Origin: an uncultured Candidatus Bathyarchaeia archaeon
GTDB lineage: Archaea > Thermoproteota > Bathyarchaeia > 40CM-2-53-6
DNA: 64,000 nt
NCBI GenBank assembly: GCA_964601325.1
Contig: CAZRNA010000003.1
Coordinates: 4,629-68,628, forward strand
Direction: 5' to 3'
The notes below the pieces were generated by a model. The model did no database searches, was not told the origin of the DNA, and worked only from the letters and a program-made list of their open reading frames with translations. Below are positions 9,824 to 19,628 of the stretch, piece by piece. Position 1 is the first letter of the stretch. Every line of letters begins with the position of its first letter. The position numbers were made by a program, and so were the translations under genes.

Positions 9824-9870
9824 CACAGAACTTATCTTCCAAGAGCGTACCATGAAACTGATGTTCGGCA

Positions 9871-10602
9871 ATGTTCGAGGTTGCATTCAGGGTTCAGCAC
9901 GACTGCCCATACACCAGGTTCACCGTGAAGCACCCGGAAGTTCGAATAACTATGTGGTGCAACAATCGGATACATGTGATGGAGGTCGACGTGCCCGACA
10001 TTGAGACTTTCACGAGGATCGAACCAGACCTGAACGAACTTCTCCTTTGGAAGGGTGGAAAGATTCTGAAGAAGAACTTTCTTGCGGGGAACCTTCAGCT
10101 CATCGTCAGATCCTGCAGCTGCAGCAAGATCCAAACCAACGTATTGTCAATTGTGGAGAGAAATTCCTGCTTATCGATTCCTCCTGAAGTCTACTACGAA
10201 GGCTGGGAGGAGTACAGAGTCGTAGGGTTCAGGGAGAGTGATTACAAGAAGATGTTTCAGGAACTGCACCGGATTGGCCAAGTGAAGATAATCCAGAAGA
10301 GGGTTGCTGCCGAGAAGAGCATCCGTGATACGTTCGTCGTCTCTCTGAACAGTGTCTTCTCGCAGCTAACAGAGAGACAGGTGAACTCCTTGATTGCAGC
10401 TCTGGAGGCTGGCTATTACCAGATCCCGAAGAAGGCGACGACAACGGAGATTGCTGGCAGACACAAGGTTCCTCGAACAACATACGAAGAACACCTCCGG
10501 AAGGCAGAGAGCAAAGTGGTCCAAGCCATCGCGCCATACGTTAGGCTTTACACGTCAGGCGTGAAACCGCTTGAGCAAGTGCTGCAAATCCCGACAAGGT
10601 GA
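9871..10602 (+). CDS. Bacterio-opsin-activator-type (HTH_10) transcription regulator
   Basis: N-terminal HDCPY; C-terminal LTERQ...ALEAGYYQIPKKATTTEIA...TYEEHLRKAESK. Confidence 0.92.
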   Translation: MFEVAFRVQHDCPYTRFTVKHPEVRITMWCNNRIHVMEVDVPDIETFTRIEPDLNELLLWKGGKILKKNFLAGNLQLIVRSCSCSKIQTNVLSIVERNSCLSIPPEVYYEGWEEYRVVGFRESDYKKMFQELHRIGQVKIIQKRVAAEKSIRDTFVVSLNSVFSQLTERQVNSLIAALEAGYYQIPKKATTTEIAGRHKVPRTTYEEHLRKAESKVVQAIAPYVRLYTSGVKPLEQVLQIPTR

Positions 10603-10968
10603 CAAACGGGTTCAAGGGCATGACTCGTCGTACCAGACGCTAGGATGGTCGTTCTGAGTCCCGGCCGGCGATCGAGCGGCGTGGTAAACACGGGCTGGGC
10701 GCGGGCTATCAGGTTCGCCCGTCTCTGTAGTCAGTTACCATGCCTGCCCCTAGAGGGGGGTGGTTCCTACGCGCTAGAGCATAGAAACCGGGCTGGTCTT
10801 GCGTGGGCTACAGGCGCCTCTCGCTGTATCTCGATAAGCCTCAGACATCATCAGGGCGCATATGTCCGTAATCATCGCAGGTCCAGCAGGCGGCGTCGTA
10901 AGCAGCTACTGACAGATACGCAAGACTGCAGCGATGTGGCATCTGACGGCTGTACGGCATGCGCGCAC

Positions 10969-11334
10969 TTACTGCTTCAAGTCTAGTAACCTGTTGAGTC
11001 GTTCGTAGATTGGTCTAGCGAAAGTTCCCGCTTCCAGGCTCATGACGATCACATACTCCGGCGTCTTGAAAAGCATCAGGGTGAGCGTCTGAAAGCATAG
11101 TAGCGAGTACCTGATCGTGCCGATATGATCCTTCAGTTTGTCGGCGATTCCGAGTATGATCTCCGGGAGGAATTGGATGAACTCTCTGTCTTGCTCGCCT
11201 GGTGTGATTGACTTGACGCCTTCCCTCATGCGTGATTCCTTGATCTCGTAGTCTGGTCCGGGGCTAACTATGCCGACGTATCGTATGTTCTTGTCAACTG
11301 AGAATATCGTTTCGACTAGCTGCGTTGGCTCCAT
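10969..11334 (-). CDS. Roadblock/profilin-like small protein (DUF6659-like)
   Basis: DKNIRYVGIV...MREGVKSI pattern typical of these TACK proteins. Confidence 0.65.
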   Translation of the reverse strand: MEPTQLVETIFSVDKNIRYVGIVSPGPDYEIKESRMREGVKSITPGEQDREFIQFLPEIILGIADKLKDHIGTIRYSLLCFQTLTLMLFKTPEYVIVMSLEAGTFARPIYERLNRLLDLKQ

Positions 11335-11479
11335 GATTAGAAGGATGGTCGAAGCACAATAAAAACGAAGCCGTAGCCCTCAGTTTGAGAAGGTGAATCT
11401 CAGGGTTCTAAGGGTCAACCGACAAGACTAATCGTGTCGCAGACGGGATGTTTAAGCTAGACTTGCGCCCACGCTAGAT

Positions 11480-11815
11480 TTGAGCCGGGTTTATGGTTTG
11501 GCCTCTTCTCGCGACGTGGCGGGTAACCTAGTTCTGGCTGTTGACGAGGCGCTGCTGGTTCCCGGTGAGATTGTGAAGACGGCTATCTACGAGCGTGTCG
11601 AGCGGAGCTACCAGCTTAGGCGAGAGGAGATCCCTGAGAAACTTGAGACCTTCCACCGAGCGCTACGGGACTTGCTTGGTGAAGGCGGCAAGGTGATGGA
11701 GATGCTGATCGTGAGAAACCTCTATCGCCGTCTTGGATTGAGCTTCGAAAAACATGACGGGCGGACGCTAGTCGATTATGTGAATCATGCGAAAACATCT
11801 GCGGGAGGTCATTGA
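11480..11815 (+). CDS. Small signalling partner (NitrOD5/DUF3227-like)
   Basis: AVDEALLVPGE.VKTAIY...EEIPEKLETFHRALRDLLG.GGKVME..IV..LY..LGL; directly upstream of the kinase. Confidence 0.65.
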   Translation: MSRVYGLASSRDVAGNLVLAVDEALLVPGEIVKTAIYERVERSYQLRREEIPEKLETFHRALRDLLGEGGKVMEMLIVRNLYRRLGLSFEKHDGRTLVDYVNHAKTSAGGH

Positions 11816-11819
11816 AGAA

Positions 11820-14800
11820 ATGGAAGACGACTCGACATATTCTAAAGAAGTGACCCCTCAGGAGTCACAGGGGAACAAAGCGAGAGGAGAAATGTACGGT
11901 CTGCTGAAGGCGGTGAATGACGTACACCGGGCGCAGCTGAAAGCCAACAGCGAGGCTGATTTCTTCCAACAGATATGTGATTCCATCAAACGAGTAGATT
12001 ATGTCAGGTTCGTTTGGATAGGTCTCGCGGAGAAAGGGAGCTTTCAGATTAAGCCTGTCGCTTCTGCAGGGTTCGAAGATGGATATCTCTCCTCGATCCG
12101 TGTTGCCTGGGATGACTCTGAACACAGCCGAGGCCCTACCGGCATGGCCATCAAGACTGGCCAGCCATTCGTGATGAGAGATATGACAACTAGTCCCACT
12201 TATTCTCCTTGGAGAAAAGAGGCCCTGAAGAGAGGCTACGCGTCCAGCGTTGCTCTGCCACTGATTCACGAGGGAGAAGTGATTGGCGCCCTCAATGTGT
12301 ATTCCGAGAGAAAGGATGCGTTCGGAGACCAAGAAGTCCAGTTTCTAAGCGCAGTAGCTCAGGACGTCGCTCTGGGCGTCAGATCACTAAGGTTGCGTAT
12401 GAACCTCCGAGAGAACGAGGCCAAGTATCGGACACTGGTCGAGCAGTCGCTGCAAGGAATCCTGATAGCTCAAGGTTCACCTCCTCGCCTAGTCTTCGCT
12501 AACCCGGCTATGGCGAAGATCTTGGGGTATACTCCTGATGAATTGATGTCCCTCTCACCTGAAGAAGCGGAGGGGCTGGTACACCCTGAAGACCGAGCGG
12601 TCTTCTTTGGCCGTTTCAGTGATCGGCTGCAAGGAAAACCTGCGCCGCCACGATACGAGGTCCGCGGAATCCGCAAAGATGGCGAAACCCGCTGGCTGGA
12701 CTTCTCCTCAACCAGAATCGAGTACAAGGCAGAGCCAGCCGTGCAAGCAGCATTCGTAGACATCACCGAACGCAAGCGGGCGGAGGAGGCATTGCGGGGG
12801 AGCGAGGAAAGGTATCGAGGGCTGTTTGAGGAGGCAATGGACGGCATCGCACTGGCCGACGCTGAGACCGGTATCCTGCTTGACTGCAATCAGGCGCTGG
12901 CGGCTTTGGTTGGCAGGAATAGGGCAGAGCTGATCGGGCATCATCAGGCCATTCTGCACCCCGCGGACAGCGATGACAGTGCGCTTTCACCAACATTCAG
13001 GCTGCACGCGACCACCCGCGAGGGGCAAGTGCTGGAAACGCAAGTCATCACCGCCACGGGTGAAATCAGAGAAGTGGAAATCAAAGCCAGCTTGCTGTAC
13101 CTCCAAGGAAGGAAAATGCTGCAAGGCATATTCCGTGACATTACTGAACGCAAGCGAACGGAAGACGAGCTGCGTCGCCGGGCCGAGGAGCTGGCTGCGC
13201 TTCAGGCGACCGTCTTGGATATTACATCTCGCCACGACCTGGCGGGTCTTCTTGAGACGATCGTGGAGCGAGCAGCTCGACTGCTAAGAGTCTCAAGTGG
13301 AGGTATGTACCTCTGTGATCCGCAGAAGAGGGAAGCACGCTGTGTCGTCTCCCACAAGACACCGTACAGCGTCAAGGGAACGGTGCTCAAGTATGGAGAA
13401 GGTGCGGCGGGGGCGGTCGCCGAGACTGGAAAGCCACTGCTGATTGATGACTACCGTACTTGGGAAGGTCGAGCTGCTGCATACGAGGAAGCGAAACCCT
13501 TCGTTGCGGTCCTAGGCGTGCCCGTGATCTGGCGAGGACAAGTTGTGGGAGTGATCGACGTCCTCGACGATACACCTCAGCACTTCACGAAGGCAGACCA
13601 GGAGCTTCTCACTCTCTTCGCCAATCATGCGGCGATTGCGATCGAGAACGCGCGACTGATGGAGCAGGAGAAGCGCCACGCCGAGGAGCTTACACGTTAC
13701 TCCACAAACTTGGAACAGCTGGTCTTTGAGAGAACAGGTAAGCTAGCGGAAAGCGAGAGGAGATTCAGGGAACTGGCGGACCTGTTACCGCAAATTGTAT
13801 TTGAAATTGACGCCAAGGGAAATTTCACATTCGTCAATCGTGTCGCGTTTGCGACTACAGGTTACAAGGAGCAGGATGAGGAGAAACTACGTGAAAGTCT
13901 GAATGCACTTCAGATGTTTGCCCCAGAGGACCGCAGCAGGGTCATGGAGAACATGAGTAGGATTTTGGGCGGAGAAGCGCTTCCTGCCGGAGAATACATG
14001 GTTTTGAGGAAAGACGGCAGCACATTTCCCGCACTCGTGCACTCCAGTCCAATAATCCAGAACGGAAAGCCTGTGGGCTTGAGAGGCATTGTCATGGACA
14101 TCACGGAACGCAAGCGGGCGGAGGAGGAGCTTCGTGCCACTAGAGAGCAACTTGAGTATCTTGTCACATCGAACCCGGCCGTAATCATTAGTGGTAAGCC
14201 TCTCGCAGATTACTCCGATTGGCACCTGACATACATCAGCAAGAGCGTCGTTGCACTGCTTGGCTTTGAGCCTAAGGATTTCGTTGGTCATCCCGAGTTC
14301 TGGGACCGTCATGTTCCCCCTGAGGACGCACGCTACGTTCTAGCTGAGATACCTCTTCTCTGGAAGAAAGGACAGCATGCATTCGAGTTCCGGTTTCTGC
14401 ACAAGGACGGGACTTGCCGGTGGATACGTGAAGAGGCGAGGGTGGTTCGTTATGTCGATGGTAAGCCGATTGAGGTCAACGGATACTGGACTGACGTCAG
14501 TGAGCGCAAGCGCTTGGAAGAAGAGCTTGCCAAGTCTCAGAGGCTTGCCACAATCGGGGAAACGGCATCGATGGTGGGTCACGATCTCAGAAACCTACTG
14601 CAAGGGATCGCAGGCGCCGTGTACTATCTCGCAACCAAGGAGCGCCCAAAGCTCAGCAGAAGGGGGAGAAAGATGCTTCAACTGATCGAGGAAGGCATAG
14701 GACGTTCTGACAAGATCATAGACGACCTCTTGGAATACTCGAGGGAGTTGCGCCTCGAACTGTCCGAGACCAACCTGAAACCAATCATAGAAGACGCCCT

Positions 14801-15221
14801 GGCAAAAGTGAAGATTCCAAAAGGAATACGCGTGGTCAACTCAACCAAGAACCAACCATCCATGCGGCTGGACTTGGAGAAGATGAGACGAGTCTTCCTG
14901 AACCTCACAGTGAACGCCGTTGACGCCATGCCCAAAGGAGGCACACTTACAATCACAAGCACTCGATCCGGCGACAACGTTGACATAACCTTCAAAGACA
15001 CAGGAGAAGGAATGACAGCAGAAACCTTGGCGAAGCTTTGGAGCCCACTATTCACGACCAAGGCGAAGGGGATGGGCTTTGGCCTACCTGTCGCTAGACG
15101 CCTTGTCGAAGCACATGGGGGCTCGATCAGCGTCGAAAGCAAACTTGGGAGGGGATCAACCTTCACCGTGAGGCTTCCGATCAAACGTGAATTGGAAGGA
15201 AAAGAGGTGAAGAAGAAGTGA
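11820..15221 (+). CDS. Cytoplasmic GAF-PAS-PAS-GAF-PAS-PAS histidine kinase
   Basis: Repeated DITERK linkers; H-box VGHDLRN; N-box NAVDAM; DTGEGM, FTTKAKGMGFGL, GRGSTF. Confidence 0.95.
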   Translation: MEDDSTYSKEVTPQESQGNKARGEMYGLLKAVNDVHRAQLKANSEADFFQQICDSIKRVDYVRFVWIGLAEKGSFQIKPVASAGFEDGYLSSIRVAWDDSEHSRGPTGMAIKTGQPFVMRDMTTSPTYSPWRKEALKRGYASSVALPLIHEGEVIGALNVYSERKDAFGDQEVQFLSAVAQDVALGVRSLRLRMNLRENEAKYRTLVEQSLQGILIAQGSPPRLVFANPAMAKILGYTPDELMSLSPEEAEGLVHPEDRAVFFGRFSDRLQGKPAPPRYEVRGIRKDGETRWLDFSSTRIEYKAEPAVQAAFVDITERKRAEEALRGSEERYRGLFEEAMDGIALADAETGILLDCNQALAALVGRNRAELIGHHQAILHPADSDDSALSPTFRLHATTREGQVLETQVITATGEIREVEIKASLLYLQGRKMLQGIFRDITERKRTEDELRRRAEELAALQATVLDITSRHDLAGLLETIVERAARLLRVSSGGMYLCDPQKREARCVVSHKTPYSVKGTVLKYGEGAAGAVAETGKPLLIDDYRTWEGRAAAYEEAKPFVAVLGVPVIWRGQVVGVIDVLDDTPQHFTKADQELLTLFANHAAIAIENARLMEQEKRHAEELTRYSTNLEQLVFERTGKLAESERRFRELADLLPQIVFEIDAKGNFTFVNRVAFATTGYKEQDEEKLRESLNALQMFAPEDRSRVMENMSRILGGEALPAGEYMVLRKDGSTFPALVHSSPIIQNGKPVGLRGIVMDITERKRAEEELRATREQLEYLVTSNPAVIISGKPLADYSDWHLTYISKSVVALLGFEPKDFVGHPEFWDRHVPPEDARYVLAEIPLLWKKGQHAFEFRFLHKDGTCRWIREEARVVRYVDGKPIEVNGYWTDVSERKRLEEELAKSQRLATIGETASMVGHDLRNLLQGIAGAVYYLATKERPKLSRRGRKMLQLIEEGIGRSDKIIDDLLEYSRELRLELSETNLKPIIEDALAKVKIPKGIRVVNSTKNQPSMRLDLEKMRRVFLNLTVNAVDAMPKGGTLTITSTRSGDNVDITFKDTGEGMTAETLAKLWSPLFTTKAKGMGFGLPVARRLVEAHGGSISVESKLGRGSTFTVRLPIKRELEGKEVKKK

Positions 15222-15697
15222 AAGAACAGGAACAGGCGAGGATTCTCGTCATAGACGATGACGTGACCGTACGCAAGTCGCATGAGACTGTGTTGAAGGC
15301 GAACGCATACGAGGTCGACGTCGCCGAAACCGGTAAGGAAGCAATCGCGAAAACCAAAGCGAAACTCTACAACCTAGCATTAGTCGACCTCCGCCTGCCA
15401 GACATGGACGGCATAGAACTATTGACGGCCATGAGAGAAACCATACCAAAAACGGTTAAGATCATCATAACAGGCTACCCTTCACAGGAGAACGCCATAG
15501 AAGCCGTAAACCGAGGCGCCGACGGATACATAGTCAAACCATACACCATGGAAGACCTGCTACGGAAAGTGAAGGAACAACTGCAGAAGCAACAGGAAGC
15601 TAGGAAGTTCAGTGAAGAGAAAGTCAAAGAATTCATTGAAGCGCGCGCTGAAGAATACGAGTCAAGAACCTCAGCGAAAGGCAAACAGAAAAAGTAA
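15218..15697 (+). CDS. Response regulator (REC domain plus coiled-coil tail)
   Basis: ILVIDDD, LVDLRLPDMDG, ITGY, YIVKP; 4-nt overlap with the kinase stop. Confidence 0.95.
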   Translation: MKEQEQARILVIDDDVTVRKSHETVLKANAYEVDVAETGKEAIAKTKAKLYNLALVDLRLPDMDGIELLTAMRETIPKTVKIIITGYPSQENAIEAVNRGADGYIVKPYTMEDLLRKVKEQLQKQQEARKFSEEKVKEFIEARAEEYESRTSAKGKQKK

Positions 15698-15759
15698 GTA
15701 CTCATAAGTGGAACGACGCATTCACTGACCGCTAAGAAGAGTCTCAGAGGCGCCCTGAG

Positions 15760-16584
15760 ATGAAATCGTTTAGTGAAGTCCTCTATGAGAAAAAAGACAG
15801 AGTTGCAACCATCACCATCAACAGACCGAAGCGGTACAATGCTTGTCTCCCCACTACAATAGAGGAATTGACTCAAGCTTTTCTTGATGCCTGGGCTGAC
15901 GGGTCCATTGGTGTTGTGGTCTTCACGGGTGCGGGGGACAAAGCCTTCTGCACCGGCGGGGACCAATCAGTGAGGAAGAAAGGAGGATACAATGCGAGCG
16001 GGGAAGAGCATGCTGGACGAATAGCGAGTCTGCCGCTCGAAGTCGGCTGGCAGCTTGTAACGTTCTTGATCAGACACATTCCGAAGCCGGTAATTGCTAG
16101 GGTAAACGGTTACGCCATCGGAGGGGGACAGGTATGGCAGGTTAACTGCGATCTCTCAATCGCGTCTGAGACAGCCAAGTTCGGACAAGCTGGACCAAAG
16201 GTTGGAAGTTTCGACCCCGGCTTCGGTACTGGAGAGTTGTGGCGTAATATCGGAATCAAGAAAGCCAAGGAATTATGGTATCTATGTAGGATTTACTCAG
16301 CAAACGAAGCATTCGAGATGGGGCTCGTTAACAAGGTCGTTGCGCCCGAGAGGCTTGACATCGAGGTCAAACAATGGTGCGACGAATTGTTGGAGAAAAG
16401 CCCAACAGCACTCAAGATGCTCAAGTATGCCTTTCTCGGAGAAAGCGAGGGACTCGCTGGACTAACGGAACTGGGCGTTGGAGGCTTGAGCATGTATTAC
16501 TCAACAGACGAAGCTCTCGAAGGAGCAAAGGCTTTCATGGAGAAGAGGAAGCCAGACTTCAGAAAGCACTCGCAGAAAAACTAG
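15760..16584 (+). CDS. Crotonase-fold ring hydrolase, BadI (2-ketocyclohexanecarboxyl-CoA hydrolase)/MenB-like
   Basis: FCTGGDQ, YAIGGG, GPKVGSFDPGFG, MYYSTDEALEGAKAFMEKRKPDF. Confidence 0.8.
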   Translation: MKSFSEVLYEKKDRVATITINRPKRYNACLPTTIEELTQAFLDAWADGSIGVVVFTGAGDKAFCTGGDQSVRKKGGYNASGEEHAGRIASLPLEVGWQLVTFLIRHIPKPVIARVNGYAIGGGQVWQVNCDLSIASETAKFGQAGPKVGSFDPGFGTGELWRNIGIKKAKELWYLCRIYSANEAFEMGLVNKVVAPERLDIEVKQWCDELLEKSPTALKMLKYAFLGESEGLAGLTELGVGGLSMYYSTDEALEGAKAFMEKRKPDFRKHSQKN

Positions 16585-16600
16585 GATGAGCTGACTGCCT

Positions 16601-17392
16601 CTAGATCGTTGTGTATCCGCCGCTTACACTAATCGTCTGTCCGGTAATCCAGCTAGCTTCTTCTGAGGCCAAGAAAAGCACTGCGCCAGCCACATCCTTG
16701 GCAGTCCCTAAGCGTCTTAGGGGATACGCCTTTACGATTCTGTCGCGCAGTTCGCTAAACTTCGCCAATTCCGGCTGATTCCACAGGCTCAGCTTGCCTT
16801 TCTCGTCTTCTGGCGGTATGATTGTGCCTGGGCACACTGTGTTGACAGTTACAGAATACCGCCCAACTTCCTTGGCCAGAGCCTTAGAGAATCCTATGAC
16901 CGCAGCCTTGCATCCAGAATACACGGCTTCTCTCGGCTCTCCAACTCTACCTGCGTCAGAAGCGATATTGATGATCCGGCCGCTTTTCCTTTCGATCATG
17001 TGAGGAAGGATCGACTTTGTGCAGGCCAGTACGCTCCTGTAGTTGATGGCTATGAGCCTGTCCCATAGGCTGGGATCAGTATCTAGGAATAGCAACATTT
17101 TGTCCCAACCAACATCGTTGACCAATATGTCCACCTTGCCAAAGAGGTCTAAAGTTCCGCTCAAGGCGCGCTCGAACTCCGCAATGTTTGTGACGTCAGT
17201 CCGGGTGAACGCCACTCTCCCTTTGAGTCCCAAAGTCTTGGATTCTTGAACCACACGAGCAGAGCTCTCGTCGTCGAGGTCACAGATCATAGTGTCACAT
17301 CCCTGGGCAGACAGAGCTAGAGTTATGGCACGGCCTATGTTGGACGCTCCACCAGTTACGATGGCCGACTTTCCAGACAGGCTGAACTTCAT
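16601..17392 (-). CDS. SDR dehydrogenase, BadH (2-hydroxycyclohexanecarboxyl-CoA dehydrogenase)-like
   Basis: TGGASNIG; GWD...WDRLIAIN; ASDAGRVG..EAVYSGCK; ITGQTISVSGG. Confidence 0.8.
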   Translation of the reverse strand: MKFSLSGKSAIVTGGASNIGRAITLALSAQGCDTMICDLDDESSARVVQESKTLGLKGRVAFTRTDVTNIAEFERALSGTLDLFGKVDILVNDVGWDKMLLFLDTDPSLWDRLIAINYRSVLACTKSILPHMIERKSGRIINIASDAGRVGEPREAVYSGCKAAVIGFSKALAKEVGRYSVTVNTVCPGTIIPPEDEKGKLSLWNQPELAKFSELRDRIVKAYPLRRLGTAKDVAGAVLFLASEEASWITGQTISVSGGYTTI

Positions 17393-17666
17393 GTGAACGC
17401 TGACACCTCAAGAACCAAATTACAGCATCCATCCGGATTAGCCAGGCAGCCTCTTTTCTCTCTTTGCACCCTTGCAGAAGTTGGCAGTCTCAAAGTACAC
17501 AGCGAAGGCTCGAAGAGGAGGTGCCTGGAGATAGAAGGTAGGATAGTCTATTACATGCTGACGCGGAAATCTTACCAGAGAGATTCAGCTCAATCGCCGG
17601 TTCAACAGACTCCCACGCCCGCCTCGACGTACTGATCTGAACTTTCGTCCATTCTGCCGGGGAACT

Positions 17667-18437
17667 CTATTGTTCATCTTGGAAGGCTGAATTGTGCAAC
17701 CAGATGTGGTTCAGCTCCTTTCCACTTCTTCCTTCTGTCCTGCGATCACGCATGACTTTCGCAGGTACCCCGCCCACCACCGCATTAGGAGGCACATCAT
17801 CATGGACAAGGGCCCTGGCGGCAACAATCGCCTGCTCTCCTATGGTGACGCCTGGCAGGATCATTGCGCCTGAGTTGACCATGACGAAATCCTTCAAGAC
17901 CACTTTCTCGTATTTCCTGATAATGTGGTCTGACTCCGAATGTTTATGGGTGAAGACTTGAACGTCCTCGGCGAGGCCCACATGGCTTCCCAAAATGACG
18001 CCCCCTTTTGTGTCGAGGAATACGCCGCGATTCAGGAACACATCGTCGCCGACTTCAAGGTTCTGCGGGAAGTTGAACCGCACATTCTCCTCTGCAATGA
18101 AGTCACGCCCACACTGTGCAAACAATCTCTTGGCAAGCATCCTTCTGAACGGAATCGAGAAGTCCACGATGATGCTTATTGGAAGCTTGTCCAATGCATC
18201 CCATAAGAAATGCATGTACCTTTGCGGCGCGGTATAGCCCACTTCATCTACCATTGGCAAGCACTCACTATAGAGTCTCAACTCGCTCAAGATGTCTGAT
18301 GAAAGGCCGGCTGCACCTAGGAGGTCTAGCACTTCACAGGTCCCATGGACATCTGGGCCTGAATCGAGTATCTTTCTGATTGCTGACAACCTCTCCCCGA
18401 TCTTCAAGGCGATCACCTTGCGAGGTCTTGGTTCCAC
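17667..18437 (-). CDS. Left-handed beta-helix (hexapeptide) O-acyltransferase with N-terminal extension
   Basis: LEVGDDVFLN, FTHKH, ILPGVTIG, VVGGVPAKV. Confidence 0.9.
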   Translation of the reverse strand: MEPRPRKVIALKIGERLSAIRKILDSGPDVHGTCEVLDLLGAAGLSSDILSELRLYSECLPMVDEVGYTAPQRYMHFLWDALDKLPISIIVDFSIPFRRMLAKRLFAQCGRDFIAEENVRFNFPQNLEVGDDVFLNRGVFLDTKGGVILGSHVGLAEDVQVFTHKHSESDHIIRKYEKVVLKDFVMVNSGAMILPGVTIGEQAIVAARALVHDDVPPNAVVGGVPAKVMRDRRTEGRSGKELNHIWLHNSAFQDEQ

Positions 18438-18452
18438 GGTCTATTCGGCGCT

Positions 18453-18734
18453 TTAGGGCCCGGCGTTGGCGGGCGATTTCGGCTTTCGCATCGCCACCAT
18501 CAAGATGACGAGAGCTATCAGGGTCCAGACAACTATGTCCGTCACCAGGTTCACCAGGTCGACCTTCCAGGGGAAGTACTCTGAAGCTACAACCATCCGG
18601 ATCAGCCAAGCGAGAGGATATCCGTACCAGCTAGCGCCAACAAGCATGGCTGGTGTGTTAGGCATCAGGCCAGTCACTAGGGTTATCACCATACCACTGA
18701 CCAGCGCCATCAATACCTTTCTCAGTTCGACCAT
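18453..18734 (-). CDS. Small two-TM membrane protein (paralog of 37665..37937)
   Basis: ITLVTGL.PNTP.MLVGA..YGYPLAWLIRM motif shared with the paralog. Confidence 0.8.
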   Translation of the reverse strand: MVELRKVLMALVSGMVITLVTGLMPNTPAMLVGASWYGYPLAWLIRMVVASEYFPWKVDLVNLVTDIVVWTLIALVILMVAMRKPKSPANAGP

Positions 18735-18799
18735 CGCTTGTCCCGTAGTCGCAATCTCTTCAGGTCATATAAGGGTGAAGACGCCCGTGCAAATGTGTG

Positions 18800-19198
18800 T
18801 TATTTCTTGTAGAGAGCCCCGAGAATGATGCCATAGCTGGCAAAATTGAAGAACCCAACGAAGACCCAATTTGTTGCCAACGGCACAAAGGTATAGGCTG
18901 CAAGAAAAGTCGCGGGGCGGACGCTTGAAATCAAGTACAGGAGCAATCCATAGCAAAGCCCCTTCGAGATGCCTTTGCCTGGAATCACATCATGAACCGT
19001 CGCGTACAGTGCCCCGAAGATGAGGCCCCATGATGTGTCGAGCACCAAACGGGTTATGACAACGTCTATCATAGGGGGTGGAAGCTGCTGAAGAAGCCCG
19101 ATGAACACTCCTACATAACCAAAAACAACCGCAGCTATGCCGCCCACTAACCCTGCAACAAGACCAGCCGCAATACCCGCCAGAGTCTTGCTTCTCAA
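18800..19198 (-). CDS. Four-TM membrane protein
   Basis: GIAAGLVAG, WGLIFGALY, KGLCYGLL, YGIILGALY; likely TTG start after GGAGAC. Confidence 0.75.
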   Translation of the reverse strand: MRSKTLAGIAAGLVAGLVGGIAAVVFGYVGVFIGLLQQLPPPMIDVVITRLVLDTSWGLIFGALYATVHDVIPGKGISKGLCYGLLLYLISSVRPATFLAAYTFVPLATNWVFVGFFNFASYGIILGALYKK

Positions 19199-19628
19199 AC
19201 CATAGTCTCCCTTGCTTCTAAAACAGATGATTCTGTTTAAAAGACTGTGCACGGAACAACGGATTACGACATGTAACGTTAGCTATTGACGATGCCACCT
19301 TACTGACATCGATGTTTTCCAGCATCACTCTCTTGTGTGCCTTTAGGAGAAGCGTGATTGCGGTAACAGAGCTCAGGGTCTTTGGCACTACGTCCCGGGC
19401 GAATGGCATTGGATCGGAGCGACGTGAGGAACCGAAGAAAGGTCACACCGTGAACACAAAGAATGTCTGCGCTAGACGGGACAGAGATACTTTGACGACC
19501 TCGTCGAGCAATTGCGGCAGAGGTTGCTAGAATTGTGGACGACGATTCCTGTCCCTCACCGGTCGATCATGCGACCGGAACCGACGAGAGCTCCGCAGAA
19601 GAATGACACCTTGATCTCTTTCAGGCGT

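Noticed and set aside
15760..16584. menB (menaquinone synthesis)
   Set aside because: The DPG motif, the BadH-like neighbour and the absence of men genes in the window favour BadI-like; not fully excluded.
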